From a phage: a stretch of DNA of 64,000 nucleotides. The stretch is from the sequence record PZ445431.1. The stretch is one strand, 5' to 3'. The stretch's first letter is position 1. Each line of letters starts with the position of its first letter. A model generated the notes under the pieces. That model was given only the letters and a program-made list of their open reading frames with translations, did no database searches and was not told the DNA's origin. Of this stretch, positions 26,809 to 33,979 are shown piece after piece. The translations under genes were made by a program, and so were the position numbers.

Positions 26809-26879
26809 GCTCGGTTAGTTTAATGGGAGAACCCCGTCTTTACACGGCGGTTGCGATAGTTCGATTCTATCACCGAGTA
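26809..26879 (+). tRNA. tRNA-like gene with apparent 6-nt anticodon loop (anticodon unresolved)
   Basis: Acceptor GCTCGGT/ACCGAGT, perfect T-arm GATAG-TTCGATT-CTATC, encoded CCA; only CCGT/ACGG pairs around loop CTTTAC. Confidence 0.45.
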
Positions 26880-26906
26880 CCACTCAACTAAAATAAGGAA
26901 TTGCAA

Positions 26907-27143
26907 ATGCAATTATCATCTAAAGTTCAAGGTTTCTTCGCACATGCAACAGCAGAATTTGCTATTAGCAAGGGTTGGGATTTTGAGCAAGAACTTTCTG
27001 AGTTCTATAAAGATATAGATATGAATACGCCATACATGGGACTCTCCACTGGTCAAGAGATCACAGAAGGCGATGTGTTCAAGGCAAGTCAAGGTGAGGT
27101 AACACCTAGTTTTGCCGCTTTTTTGGAGTGGCTTCACAATTAA
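26907..27143 (+). CDS. hypothetical protein (78 aa)
   Basis: AAGGAA RBS; second in-frame ATG chosen for spacing. Confidence 0.5.
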   Translation: MQLSSKVQGFFAHATAEFAISKGWDFEQELSEFYKDIDMNTPYMGLSTGQEITEGDVFKASQGEVTPSFAAFLEWLHN

Positions 27144-27252
27144 AGAAGAAGCTCCAGATGATGATGTATTTATGCAAAGCATGCACTCTGGGAGTTCTGA
27201 TATGTTATTTGTTAAAGATGTACGACATATCCAAGAAGTGGTAAAAACGCAG

Positions 27253-27281
27253 TTGCTTAATGCTTAATTTCTTGTTATAAT
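27253..27281 (+). promoter_or_regulatory. T5-type early promoter driving ORF-free/tRNA-like segment
   Basis: TTGCTT 27253-27258, TATAAT 27276-27281. Confidence 0.7.
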
Positions 27282-27284
27282 ATT

Positions 27285-27615
27285 TATATAAATTGATGCG
27301 AAAATAGCTGCCTAGATACCAGGTGTATGACGTCTACACTAGCAGAGCTACCGAAAAAGAGATCCTCAGGATAAACGTCGTAGCAAAATTAGTCTGGTAT
27401 CCATTAATTTAGTTCACTAAGGTATTAGCTCGACCTAGGACTGGCTGCCAAAAAGCACGATCCCTACGATTTGGGAGAAGTTCTAGATTAGTCCACTAGA
27501 TTCAGCGGCAACTGAATAGTGTATCGGGTTTGTGAAGAGCAGCTATTCTCTACTGGCTAATGTCTGAGGTTAGTACGCACACCGAGCTAATAGCCTTAGT
27601 AAACTTAAAGAATTT
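27285..27615 (+). ncRNA. candidate non-coding RNA (ORF-free segment downstream of consensus promoter)
   Basis: About 330 nt with no ORF >=60 aa after promoter 27253-27281; long-range complement GATACCAG (27308) / CTGGTATC (27394) and hairpin ATTCAG-CGGCAA-CTGAAT. Confidence 0.35.
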
Positions 27616-27688
27616 GGGCGAATAGTGTCAGCGGGAGCACACCAGACTTGCAAGTCTGGTAGGGAGGGTTCGAGTCTCTCTTTGTCCA
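27616..27688 (+). tRNA. tRNA-like gene with non-canonical anticodon loop (6 or 8 nt around TTGCAA)
   Basis: Acceptor GGGCGAA/TTTGTCC (two G-U), D-stem GTGT/ACAC, stem CCAGAC/GTCTGG, T-arm GAGGG-TTCGAGT-CTCTC, encoded CCA. Confidence 0.45.
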
Positions 27689-27706
27689 CCAAATTAAAAA
27701 GAATGC

Positions 27707-27780
27707 GCGCGATTGACGGAATAGGTATACGTGTCAGCCTTAGAAGTTGAATTTTGAGGGTTCGAATCCCTTGTCGCGCA
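27707..27780 (+). tRNA. tRNA, anticodon UAG by eye (Leu-type anticodon on a short-variable-arm body)
   Basis: Perfect acceptor GCGCGAT/GTCGCGC, anticodon arm TCAGC-CTTAGAA-GTTGA, T-arm GAGGG-TTCGAAT-CCCTT, A73, encoded CCA. Confidence 0.55.
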
Positions 27781-27908
27781 CCAAATTTGATGGTCAGAGT
27801 AAATTAAACCTACTATCTCGGTTGAGCTGTTTTAATGGATTCGAATCCCAGCGAGGCGTAACTGCCTGGCGTGATAGAGGCATCATTCCACTAACATTGG
27901 AAAAACTA

Positions 27909-28139
27909 ATGAAACGAAAATTAAAAAAGTCTTATATAATTAAGATAAATAAGCTACGAAGTAGGGCAAAAGGATGGCCACTTCGAATATTAATTGCGGA
28001 TAACCATATTAGATACCATGCGGAACAACATCATTACAAACAGTGGGAGTCATACTGTCGCTCAAAAGCAGGTCGTTTAGATGGATCTTATGAGCTTCTA
28101 TTTGGTAAGAAGCCTACTAGATTAGCTTTAGGTAAGTAA
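27909..28139 (+). CDS. hypothetical basic protein (76 aa)
   Basis: Internal ATG of track ORF 27747..28139; the upstream part of that ORF overlaps tRNA-like sequence. Confidence 0.35.
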   Translation: MKRKLKKSYIIKINKLRSRAKGWPLRILIADNHIRYHAEQHHYKQWESYCRSKAGRLDGSYELLFGKKPTRLALGK

Positions 28140-28144
28140 TACTT

Positions 28145-28235
28145 GGAAAAGCAAATAGACTGGCGACTAAACCCGATTGGAAATCGGTTGAGTAATAGCA
28201 ATATTGCCTTATGGGTTCAACTCCCATCTTTTCCG
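28145..28235 (+). tRNA. tRNA-Ser (anticodon GGA), type II
   Basis: Perfect acceptor GGAAAAG/CTTTTCC, anticodon arm CCCGA-TTGGAAA-TCGGT, long variable arm, T-arm ATGGG-TTCAACT-CCCAT, encoded CCA. Confidence 0.7.
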
Positions 28236-28253
28236 CCAAATATTGGAGTATAG

Positions 28254-28769
28254 ATGCTAACACAACAAGAATTAAAATCCGTGTTGTTATATAAACCAGA
28301 TACTGGAGAGTTTTTCTGGAAATATAGATCTGATTTAGATAGTCAATGGAATAGTAAATATGCTGGAACTAGGGCAGGATTTATTAATGAACTAGGCTAT
28401 TGGAAGATAACTCTAGGAAATACTAGCTGGTTAGCACATCGTCTAGCATTCTTATACATGACTGGGGAAATACCAGATCTAATTGACCACAAGGATCAAG
28501 ATAAGTCCAATACTAAATGGGATAACTTACGAATAGCCACTGTATCACAGAATCAGGCTAATGCTAAATTAAGGGTAGATAATACCTCTGGGTACAAAAA
28601 TGTAACTTGGCATAAGCAAAGAAATAAGTGGAAAGTAGAAGTACGTAAAGATGGCAAACTCCATTATGGTGGACTTTTTACAGAACTAGATAAAGCTGTA
28701 AATAAAGCTAATAATCTTAGACGTGAGTTATTCGGGGAATTTGCAGTATATGAAGAGTTTATGGGGTAG
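28254..28769 (+). CDS. HNH homing endonuclease with AP2-type DNA-binding domain
   Basis: Same architecture as 6957..7472 (ELK..LYKPDTG.F.W, IDHKDQDKSNTKWDNLR, AP2-like SGYKNVTWHK); stop lies inside the next tRNA acceptor stem. Confidence 0.8.
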   Translation: MLTQQELKSVLLYKPDTGEFFWKYRSDLDSQWNSKYAGTRAGFINELGYWKITLGNTSWLAHRLAFLYMTGEIPDLIDHKDQDKSNTKWDNLRIATVSQNQANAKLRVDNTSGYKNVTWHKQRNKWKVEVRKDGKLHYGGLFTELDKAVNKANNLRRELFGEFAVYEEFMG

Positions 28770-28856
28770 GTCAATCCAACGGCTGGCGCTGGACTCCGAC
28801 TTGAAATCGGTTGATCGTAGTGATACGGTGTAAGGGTTCGATCCCCTTACCTACCT
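28765..28856 (+). tRNA. tRNA-Ser (anticodon UGA), type II
   Basis: Perfect acceptor GGTAGGT/ACCTACC, anticodon loop CTTGAAA, long variable arm, T-arm AAGGG-TTCGATC-CCCTT, encoded CCA. Confidence 0.7.
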
Positions 28857-28879
28857 CCAATTAACTATAAGGAATCCTT

Positions 28880-29053
28880 ATGAGCAAAACAGCTACTGTA
28901 ACAATGAAGGATGGTACAAAATTTAAAGCATGTCTTCATGAAACAGATAATGGATGGAAGGCTTATTTGCCACACCTAGATTCCACTGGGTATGGAATGA
29001 CCCAACGTGAAGCTATTGTTGATGCTTTAAATGAGGCTTCCGCTGGTTTATAA
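28880..29053 (+). CDS. hypothetical small protein (57 aa)
   Basis: TAAGGAA RBS then ATG; not in track (<60 aa). Confidence 0.4.
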   Translation: MSKTATVTMKDGTKFKACLHETDNGWKAYLPHLDSTGYGMTQREAIVDALNEASAGL

Positions 29054-29060
29054 AAATTCT

Positions 29061-29191
29061 TGGAATATGCCGGAATTGGTAGACGGGACTGCCGAATAGG
29101 TTTACTAGGAACATCCACTCCTAGAAATATACCTTAAAAGCGGTTGAGTTAAATGGTATAACTCATGAAGGTTCAAGTCCTTCTATTCCTT
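29061..29191 (+). tRNA. tRNA-like element of abnormal length (about 131 nt, or 85 nt from alternative 5' end); possible insertion-containing or degenerate tRNA
   Basis: Leu-like D-arm TGCCGGAATTGGTAGACGGG near 5' end, perfect T-arm GAAGG-TTCAAGT-CCTTC at 3' end, acceptor candidates pair 6/7, no encoded CCA. Confidence 0.3.
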
Positions 29192-29312
29192 GATACATCA
29201 ATGGCTCAAAGTGTAACGGTGCTATTTGATGCTCTTGGCAAGACTTCCCCGACATGCGTTCGGGAGTAAGCTGCTAAGACTAGAGTAGAAGAGTTTCAAC
29301 AAGACAACGATA

Positions 29313-29384
29313 GCTCTTAAAGCATTGCTGGCGATGCAGTTGCCTTGTAAGCATCTGAACCGGGTTCGATTCCTAGTGGGAGCA
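29313..29384 (+). tRNA. tRNA-Thr (anticodon UGU)
   Basis: Acceptor GCTCTTA/TGGGAGC (two G-U), D-arm GCAT...ATGC, anticodon arm GTTGC-CTTGTAA-GCATC, T-loop TTCGATT, encoded CCA. Confidence 0.55.
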
Positions 29385-29403
29385 CCAAAATTAAAAAATT
29401 CAT

Positions 29404-29432
29404 TTGCCTTCTCTCTTATTTCTTGTTATTAT
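29404..29432 (+). promoter_or_regulatory. early promoter variant (TTGCCT-N17-TATTAT)
   Basis: -35 at 29404-29409, -10 at 29427-29432. Confidence 0.55.
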
Positions 29433-29462
29433 ATTTATATAAATTAATGAGAGGGAAACCAA

Positions 29463-29756
29463 ATGAAACGTTATCTTTCTGTTATGTTCCAAACTGGTGG
29501 TCAACGCTATACTTATGAATTTCCATCTTCTTGGAAGATCAAAGAAGGTGATCAAGTAGTAGTGTTAACACCGCGTGATGGTTTCAAGGTAGTAACGGTT
29601 AAGCAAGTATTTCCAAAAGATCACGAACCATCTAAGGCTATTCAGTACAAGATGATTCATGGTCTGGTACGAAAAGTACCTAGAACAGAAGTCGAAGTAG
29701 ATAAAACTGGGGAAGCTAAATACCAGTATACCTCTTACTTAGACGAGTTGTTATAA
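29463..29756 (+). CDS. hypothetical protein (97 aa)
   Basis: ATG directly after conserved leader AATTAATGAGAGGGAAACCAA. Confidence 0.55.
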   Translation: MKRYLSVMFQTGGQRYTYEFPSSWKIKEGDQVVVLTPRDGFKVVTVKQVFPKDHEPSKAIQYKMIHGLVRKVPRTEVEVDKTGEAKYQYTSYLDELL

Positions 29757-29962
29757 TGGGAATTACTTTCACAGAAAAGATTATGGGCAATGGTGTTATG
29801 ATCATTACCGCATGGGATGGTAATCAGTGGTGTAGTGTTTCAGGTATTAAGCCTGAAGAACAAACACTAGAAAATATCTCAAAGATTAAGCGAAGAATGG
29901 CAGAACGTGCACGACTTCCAGGTGCGCCTAGAAATGGTAAACGTTCTGCAATTAAATGTTAA
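29756..29962 (+). CDS. hypothetical protein (68 aa)
   Basis: ATAATG-coupled ORF. Confidence 0.5.
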   Translation: MGITFTEKIMGNGVMIITAWDGNQWCSVSGIKPEEQTLENISKIKRRMAERARLPGAPRNGKRSAIKC

Positions 29963-29963
29963 T

Positions 29964-30037
29964 GCTTCGGTAGCTTAGCGATCTAAAGCACTCGGCTGAT
30001 AACCGAGAGATCGGGGGTTTAAATCCCTCCCGGAGTA
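29964..30037 (+). tRNA. tRNA-Ile (anticodon GAU)
   Basis: Acceptor GCTTCGG/CCGGAGT (two G-U), anticodon arm CTCGG-CTGATAA-CCGAG, T-arm GGGGG-TTTAAAT-CCCTC, encoded CCA. Confidence 0.65.
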
Positions 30038-30058
30038 CCAAATTTAGGAAGTAAGACT

Positions 30059-30133
30059 ATGCGTCCAGGAAAGTTTAAAAAAAAAAAAAAGCTAATTGGT
30101 CTAAAGAGTATAAAGAATATTTACTTAGTCTAG
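30059..30133 (+). CDS. possible mini-ORF (24 aa) containing an A14 homopolymer
   Basis: ATG after TAGGAAG; translation MRPGKFKKKKKLIGLKSIKNIYLV; coding status doubtful. Confidence 0.2.
   Translation: MRPGKFKKKKKLIGLKSIKNIYLV
30077..30090. repeat. A14 homopolymeric tract
   Basis: 14 consecutive A between tRNA-Ile and the third CAU tRNA. Confidence 0.95.
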
Positions 30134-30144
30134 TAAAACATAAT

Positions 30145-30217
30145 AGTTAGTTGGCAGAGTGGTTATGCACCTCCTTCATACGGAGCGACTACAGTGGTTC
30201 AAATCCACTACTAACTA
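30145..30217 (+). tRNA. tRNA with CAU anticodon (third copy)
   Basis: Perfect acceptor AGTTAGT/ACTAACT, anticodon loop TTCATAC, T-arm AGTGG-TTCAAAT-CCACT, encoded CCA. Confidence 0.6.
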
Positions 30218-30258
30218 CCATAAAAAAGAGCTAGAGATAGCTAAATATAGGAGCAAGT

Positions 30259-30453
30259 GTGTTAACTGTTAAAATAATGTCTGCAAATGGTGGTGAAGAA
30301 ATTCATGATGGTAATAGCGTAGGATTTAATCCTAAAAATAAGAGTATTCATGTCTCGGGATTAGATCAAGCCATATTCCTAAAAGAGGATGAAGTCGCCT
30401 ACGTTATGAATCAGAACGGTAAAACAGTTTCTGTTTACTACGGTAAGCTGTAA
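30259..30453 (+). CDS. hypothetical protein (64 aa)
   Basis: GTG/ATG start after TAGGAGC. Confidence 0.45.
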   Translation: MLTVKIMSANGGEEIHDGNSVGFNPKNKSIHVSGLDQAIFLKEDEVAYVMNQNGKTVSVYYGKL

Positions 30454-30820
30454 AGAACAGAGGATCAGGTCATTGTACCAGATCCTGCTGAGAAGAGAGT
30501 CCACATTCTATAAATGGCCGGGCGTGACAGCAGGAAGTAGACTGCAACTCCATGCTATCCAGGAGTATAAATGTAGAAGCTAAGACTTTAGATAGCCATT
30601 GTCTTAGCGTGAGCAATCACGTAGTTGCAACAGACCTGGAAGATCGCAACGTTAAAATCAAAGCTCCTGTGCTTATTAAACTGAATGGGACTATCAATCC
30701 ACAAGCCGGACTACGAGCGATTATCGGGTATTCACTTAATAAGCAAGCCTGCCTTCCAGTTTTTATCTTGCTTCTGGGTTAACAAAAAGCTGAGCCAAAT
30801 TCTAACATCAGGGAGATCTA

Positions 30821-31189
30821 ATGAAAGCATATCAAAGTCTTAAGTCTGGCGTAATTAACATTGTTCATAACAATCAGATCATTCAACTATATTCTAAAGA
30901 TGGTGAACTTAAACAGAAAGTTCTAGTCGAAGATCTAGAAGGTATCACACCTCACTTTGACCCTGAGGCCTTTCGCATTGTAGATGTGGAAGTGGTTCCT
31001 CAAGTCGAGGGTGGTCAGCACCTAAATGTCAATGTGTTAAGCCGTGATCAGCTTTTGGATGCACAGAAACATCCTGAAAAATATCCTCAGTTGACCATCC
31101 GTGTCTCTGGCTATGCTGTTCGATTTAACGCATTGACGCGTGAACAACAGAACGACGTTATTAGTCGTACATTTACTCAGGCGATATAA
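30821..31189 (+). CDS. grcA: GrcA/YfiD-like autonomous glycyl-radical cofactor (pyruvate formate-lyase C-terminal domain homologue)
   Basis: C-terminal [60 protein letters not shown] is near-identical to the glycyl-radical domain of E. coli GrcA/PflB (RVSGYAV motif); host-like codon usage. Confidence 0.85.
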   Translation: MKAYQSLKSGVINIVHNNQIIQLYSKDGELKQKVLVEDLEGITPHFDPEAFRIVDVEVVPQVEGGQHLNVNVLSRDQLLDAQKHPEKYPQLTIRVSGYAVRFNALTREQQNDVISRTFTQAI

Positions 31190-31270
31190 TGGGGTTTGGA
31201 TACGATTTCTCCCAGCTACGCAAGGTAGTCGAGCAAACTCCATTTATCTCCCAAGTTTTAGGAGAAATGT

Positions 31271-31570
31271 GTGGATCGAGCATTAAGACGCCATCACCGG
31301 CAACGTGTGAAAAACAATCGCAAAAAGTATTGGACAGTCTTCCCACATGAAGAAAGTCCTAAGCGGTTAGGCATTATCACTACCACTCCTTGCATCTGTT
31401 CTTGTTGGATGTGTGGGAATCCTCGCAAATACTATAAGAATAGTAAAGCAGGCATGAAAATCTCGGAGATTAAAAAGATGGATGCAATGATTATGGGCAT
31501 CACCTTTACAGGTGGTATCTCTGATGAATTCGACGGTTTTGTAACTCAGGATATTGTCGAAATTATCTAA
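31271..31570 (+). CDS. hypothetical Cys-rich protein (99 aa)
   Basis: GTG start 8 nt after TAGGAG; CxCxC...C cluster. Confidence 0.45.
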   Translation: MDRALRRHHRQRVKNNRKKYWTVFPHEESPKRLGIITTTPCICSCWMCGNPRKYYKNSKAGMKISEIKKMDAMIMGITFTGGISDEFDGFVTQDIVEII

Positions 31571-31579
31571 TTAATAATA

Positions 31580-31617
31580 AACCCCAGCTATTGAATAGGT
31601 AGTCTGGGGTTTTCTTG
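31580..31617 (+). terminator. rho-independent terminator
   Basis: ACCCCAG ... CTGGGGT stem followed by TTTCTTG. Confidence 0.65.
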
Positions 31618-31634
31618 TATGTAGGATTTTCGAA

Positions 31635-31820
31635 ATGAAAATTTTTAAAGTGAACTATAGCGGCCTGTGGTTAGGTGGTACAGCTATTGTCGTTGCAGAA
31701 ACTGCAGAAGAAGCAATCGAACTGACTAGAAACCATAGAAGTTCTATAGAATTCGAGGATGTGACAGTAGAAGAACTCCCGAGCAGTGGGGTAGTATACA
31801 ACAACAACGGAGATTACTGA
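31635..31820 (+). CDS. hypothetical protein (61 aa)
   Basis: ORF with weak RBS. Confidence 0.4.
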   Translation: MKIFKVNYSGLWLGGTAIVVAETAEEAIELTRNHRSSIEFEDVTVEELPSSGVVYNNNGDY

Positions 31821-31878
31821 TGTTATATTTTGAAGTTCGCCCACATTAAGTTAATTTAAAAGACTTAATGGAGGTAAT

Positions 31879-32274
31879 ATGAGCCGTACATATCGTAAAC
31901 AATCTGGTGATCGTCACTGGCGTGATGCACATCGTTCTACTTATAATTTTCATAGCACTAATATCCGTATTCCGTATACCTACACGGATAGGGATGGTAA
32001 GCAGTGGAAGTATTATCAAGTTCGATCCAATGAAGCATGGGCTAAAACTTGGGATGAAATTGAGAAGGAGATTCAGGAAAATATCATCCGTAACGAGAAG
32101 AAAGATGGGCACTGGTGGGATTCTGTTAGTAGGAATGTTAAGTGGCATTCTAACAAAATGGTTCGTCAGGGAAACCGTCGCGAACTTCATCGTGTGATGA
32201 AAGATCCAGAAAATTACGACTATAATCGCGATCATGATCTGCGTAAGCGTGGGTTATGGTGGTGCTACGACTAA
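31879..32274 (+). CDS. hypothetical basic Trp/His-rich protein (131 aa)
   Basis: GGAGG RBS; antisense ORF 31846..32235 judged spurious. Confidence 0.5.
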   Translation: MSRTYRKQSGDRHWRDAHRSTYNFHSTNIRIPYTYTDRDGKQWKYYQVRSNEAWAKTWDEIEKEIQENIIRNEKKDGHWWDSVSRNVKWHSNKMVRQGNRRELHRVMKDPENYDYNRDHDLRKRGLWWCYD

Positions 32275-32291
32275 TTTCGTAAATAATTCAT

Positions 32292-32320
32292 TTGCTAAAA
32301 CCCTCTCCTTTTGATATAAT
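32292..32320 (+). promoter_or_regulatory. T5-type early promoter
   Basis: TTGCTA 32292-32297, TATAAT 32315-32320. Confidence 0.7.
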
Positions 32321-32350
32321 ATTTATATAAATTGATGAGAGGGCTTTGAA

Positions 32351-32623
32351 ATGAAAGAAGCAGAAATTAATGAAATGGCTAGAATATTCATCGTTTCCTA
32401 TATGCAAGGCAGTTGCAATAGTTTATTCGAGTCTGCTATAGTATTTCAGGAAATGTTAGCCGAGAAAGGCGTACATATGGAAGATACTGAAATTGAAGAT
32501 CTTCTAATGGAAACTTGTAGTAGTGCTGAAGTCTTCCAGTGTGGTAACTGTAATTGGTGGTGTCCAGAGCATGATCGTTCTGAAGAAGGTTCCTACTGTT
32601 CCGATTGTGAAGGAGAAGAATAA
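32351..32623 (+). CDS. hypothetical acidic protein with C-terminal CxxC...CxxC zinc ribbon
   Basis: ATG after conserved leader; QCGNCNWWC...YCSDCEGEE. Confidence 0.55.
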   Translation: MKEAEINEMARIFIVSYMQGSCNSLFESAIVFQEMLAEKGVHMEDTEIEDLLMETCSSAEVFQCGNCNWWCPEHDRSEEGSYCSDCEGEE

Positions 32624-32922
32624 TGAATAAGTTTATTATTGCTCTAGTAATTTCAGCAGTTAGTTTCGGTTCTCTGGCATCTACCAAAGTTTCTATGAAA
32701 AATGGTAATGTTAAAGTTCAGCAGAATGGCATTACCACCGAATATGGTAAAGTACGTGATGTAAAAGAACGTAATGGCAAAGTAGAAATATATACTAATA
32801 AAAACTTCTCTACTCCGGCTGTTACTGTTAGTAAACGTGGTGAAATCACTACTCAACGTACTAATAGTTCTGATTCTTTTACTTGCCGTTATGACTGCGG
32901 CTTTGAAGGTGAAGATGAGTAA
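32623..32922 (+). CDS. secreted protein (signal peptide)
   Basis: MNKFIIALVISAVSFGSLAS signal peptide; ATAATG coupling. Confidence 0.55.
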   Translation: MNKFIIALVISAVSFGSLASTKVSMKNGNVKVQQNGITTEYGKVRDVKERNGKVEIYTNKNFSTPAVTVSKRGEITTQRTNSSDSFTCRYDCGFEGEDE

Positions 32923-33334
32923 TTTAGACCCTAGAATTAAACATGCAGTCGAAGAAATCCAAGATCAGATAGATGAGGACTTCACTGTTTGGTCAAGATT
33001 TGGCAATGGTGAAGGCTGTCAGCTTTATAGCATGAAAATGGGCATCTCGATTGAACTTAGTATCAATCCAGAGGGCAACGTAGAAGCCCAACCCATGTTC
33101 AGTGTTCCAGGCTTCTCTGGATTTGTTATGGGCATGAAACTATGTCTACCAAATAAACATCTTTACCGTGTTATCTGTCAGCTAGAAACAATTAAACATT
33201 TCTTGCCAGAAGATAACATTAATGACTACTATCATGAAGTTGTAGCAGCTTACATGATGAAAGAACGCAAACGTCGGAGAGAAGAACGTGAAAGAGCTAA
33301 ATCTCAACAGTCTAGTACAGATTCCAGCAACTGA
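32915..33334 (+). CDS. hypothetical protein (about 139 aa)
   Basis: Internal ATG 32915 overlapping upstream stop (ATGAGTAA); track start 32837 would overlap 85 nt. Confidence 0.5.
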   Translation: MSNLDPRIKHAVEEIQDQIDEDFTVWSRFGNGEGCQLYSMKMGISIELSINPEGNVEAQPMFSVPGFSGFVMGMKLCLPNKHLYRVICQLETIKHFLPEDNINDYYHEVVAAYMMKERKRRREERERAKSQQSSTDSSN

Positions 33335-33581
33335 TGCTGTACTAGAATATCTTAGAAAGGATCATGTTAAATTCTGGACTGATTATAGCTACGAGCATAA
33401 CTCAGATTTAGCTACTGATTTTGCAAATAAACGAATAGCTGAGTATACAGATCCTAGAGTTAAGAATGGTGTGATTACTTTACCACTTTGGGATGTGATG
33501 GAAAAGTTTGGTAAAGATTTGTGCCCAGGTTGTGTACCATTGTTTGTTACTATTCTAATTGATGAAAAGGATCTTAAATGA
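33288..33581 (+). CDS. hypothetical protein (97 aa)
   Basis: ORF overlapping upstream gene by 47 nt. Confidence 0.45.
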   Translation: MKELNLNSLVQIPATDAVLEYLRKDHVKFWTDYSYEHNSDLATDFANKRIAEYTDPRVKNGVITLPLWDVMEKFGKDLCPGCVPLFVTILIDEKDLK

Positions 33582-33862
33582 TTATCTCTCCATTTGCTTT
33601 GTGGTTTGTTATTGGTGCAGTTGTCGCGATTTACAGCCTGATTGATGATCTGTATATCTCTAAAAATAAAGATGTTATTCTTTATGTTATAAACAAATAT
33701 CGTCCACCAGAATTAGCAGAATTTGACAATGAAAAGATGTTCAAATTCATTATGTCAGGTATGCTTATCATGGACACCTTGTTCGGGCCAGTAGCTACTT
33801 ACTTCTTCTTCCGTAAAACTCGTAAGATGAAAAAGTTTCGCGCTGAAATGCAGAGCAAGTAA
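33578..33862 (+). CDS. hypothetical membrane protein (94 aa)
   Basis: Two hydrophobic helices; ATGA coupling. Confidence 0.5.
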   Translation: MIISPFALWFVIGAVVAIYSLIDDLYISKNKDVILYVINKYRPPELAEFDNEKMFKFIMSGMLIMDTLFGPVATYFFFRKTRKMKKFRAEMQSK

Positions 33863-33979
33863 AGAACTCGCGTAGGACCGAGTTGCGTCACCTGCAACTG
33901 TTACGGATAAGGGAGTCGTGCCCCTTTAGTGCGGTAAGTGGTGAGTTGGTCGCTGACCTCAACTTTAACTGGAGATATC

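Noticed and set aside
27747-27908. N-terminal part of track ORF 27747..28139
   Set aside because: Overlaps the tRNA at 27707-27780 and tRNA-like sequence; only the portion from ATG 27909 retained.
30552-30782. 76 aa ORF upstream of the GrcA-like gene
   Set aside because: Sits in the GC-rich leader, no RBS, hydrophobic C-terminus; more likely non-coding leader of the captured gene.
31846-32235. 129 aa minus-strand ORF and 96 aa + ORF 31907..32197
   Set aside because: Overlap the better-supported + strand gene 31879-32274; hydrophobic low-complexity translations typical of off-frame reads.
33863-33979. Possible tRNA or terminator in the spacer before 33980
   Set aside because: Contains short palindromes (GGTCGCTGACC) but no T-loop or acceptor pairing and no T tract.
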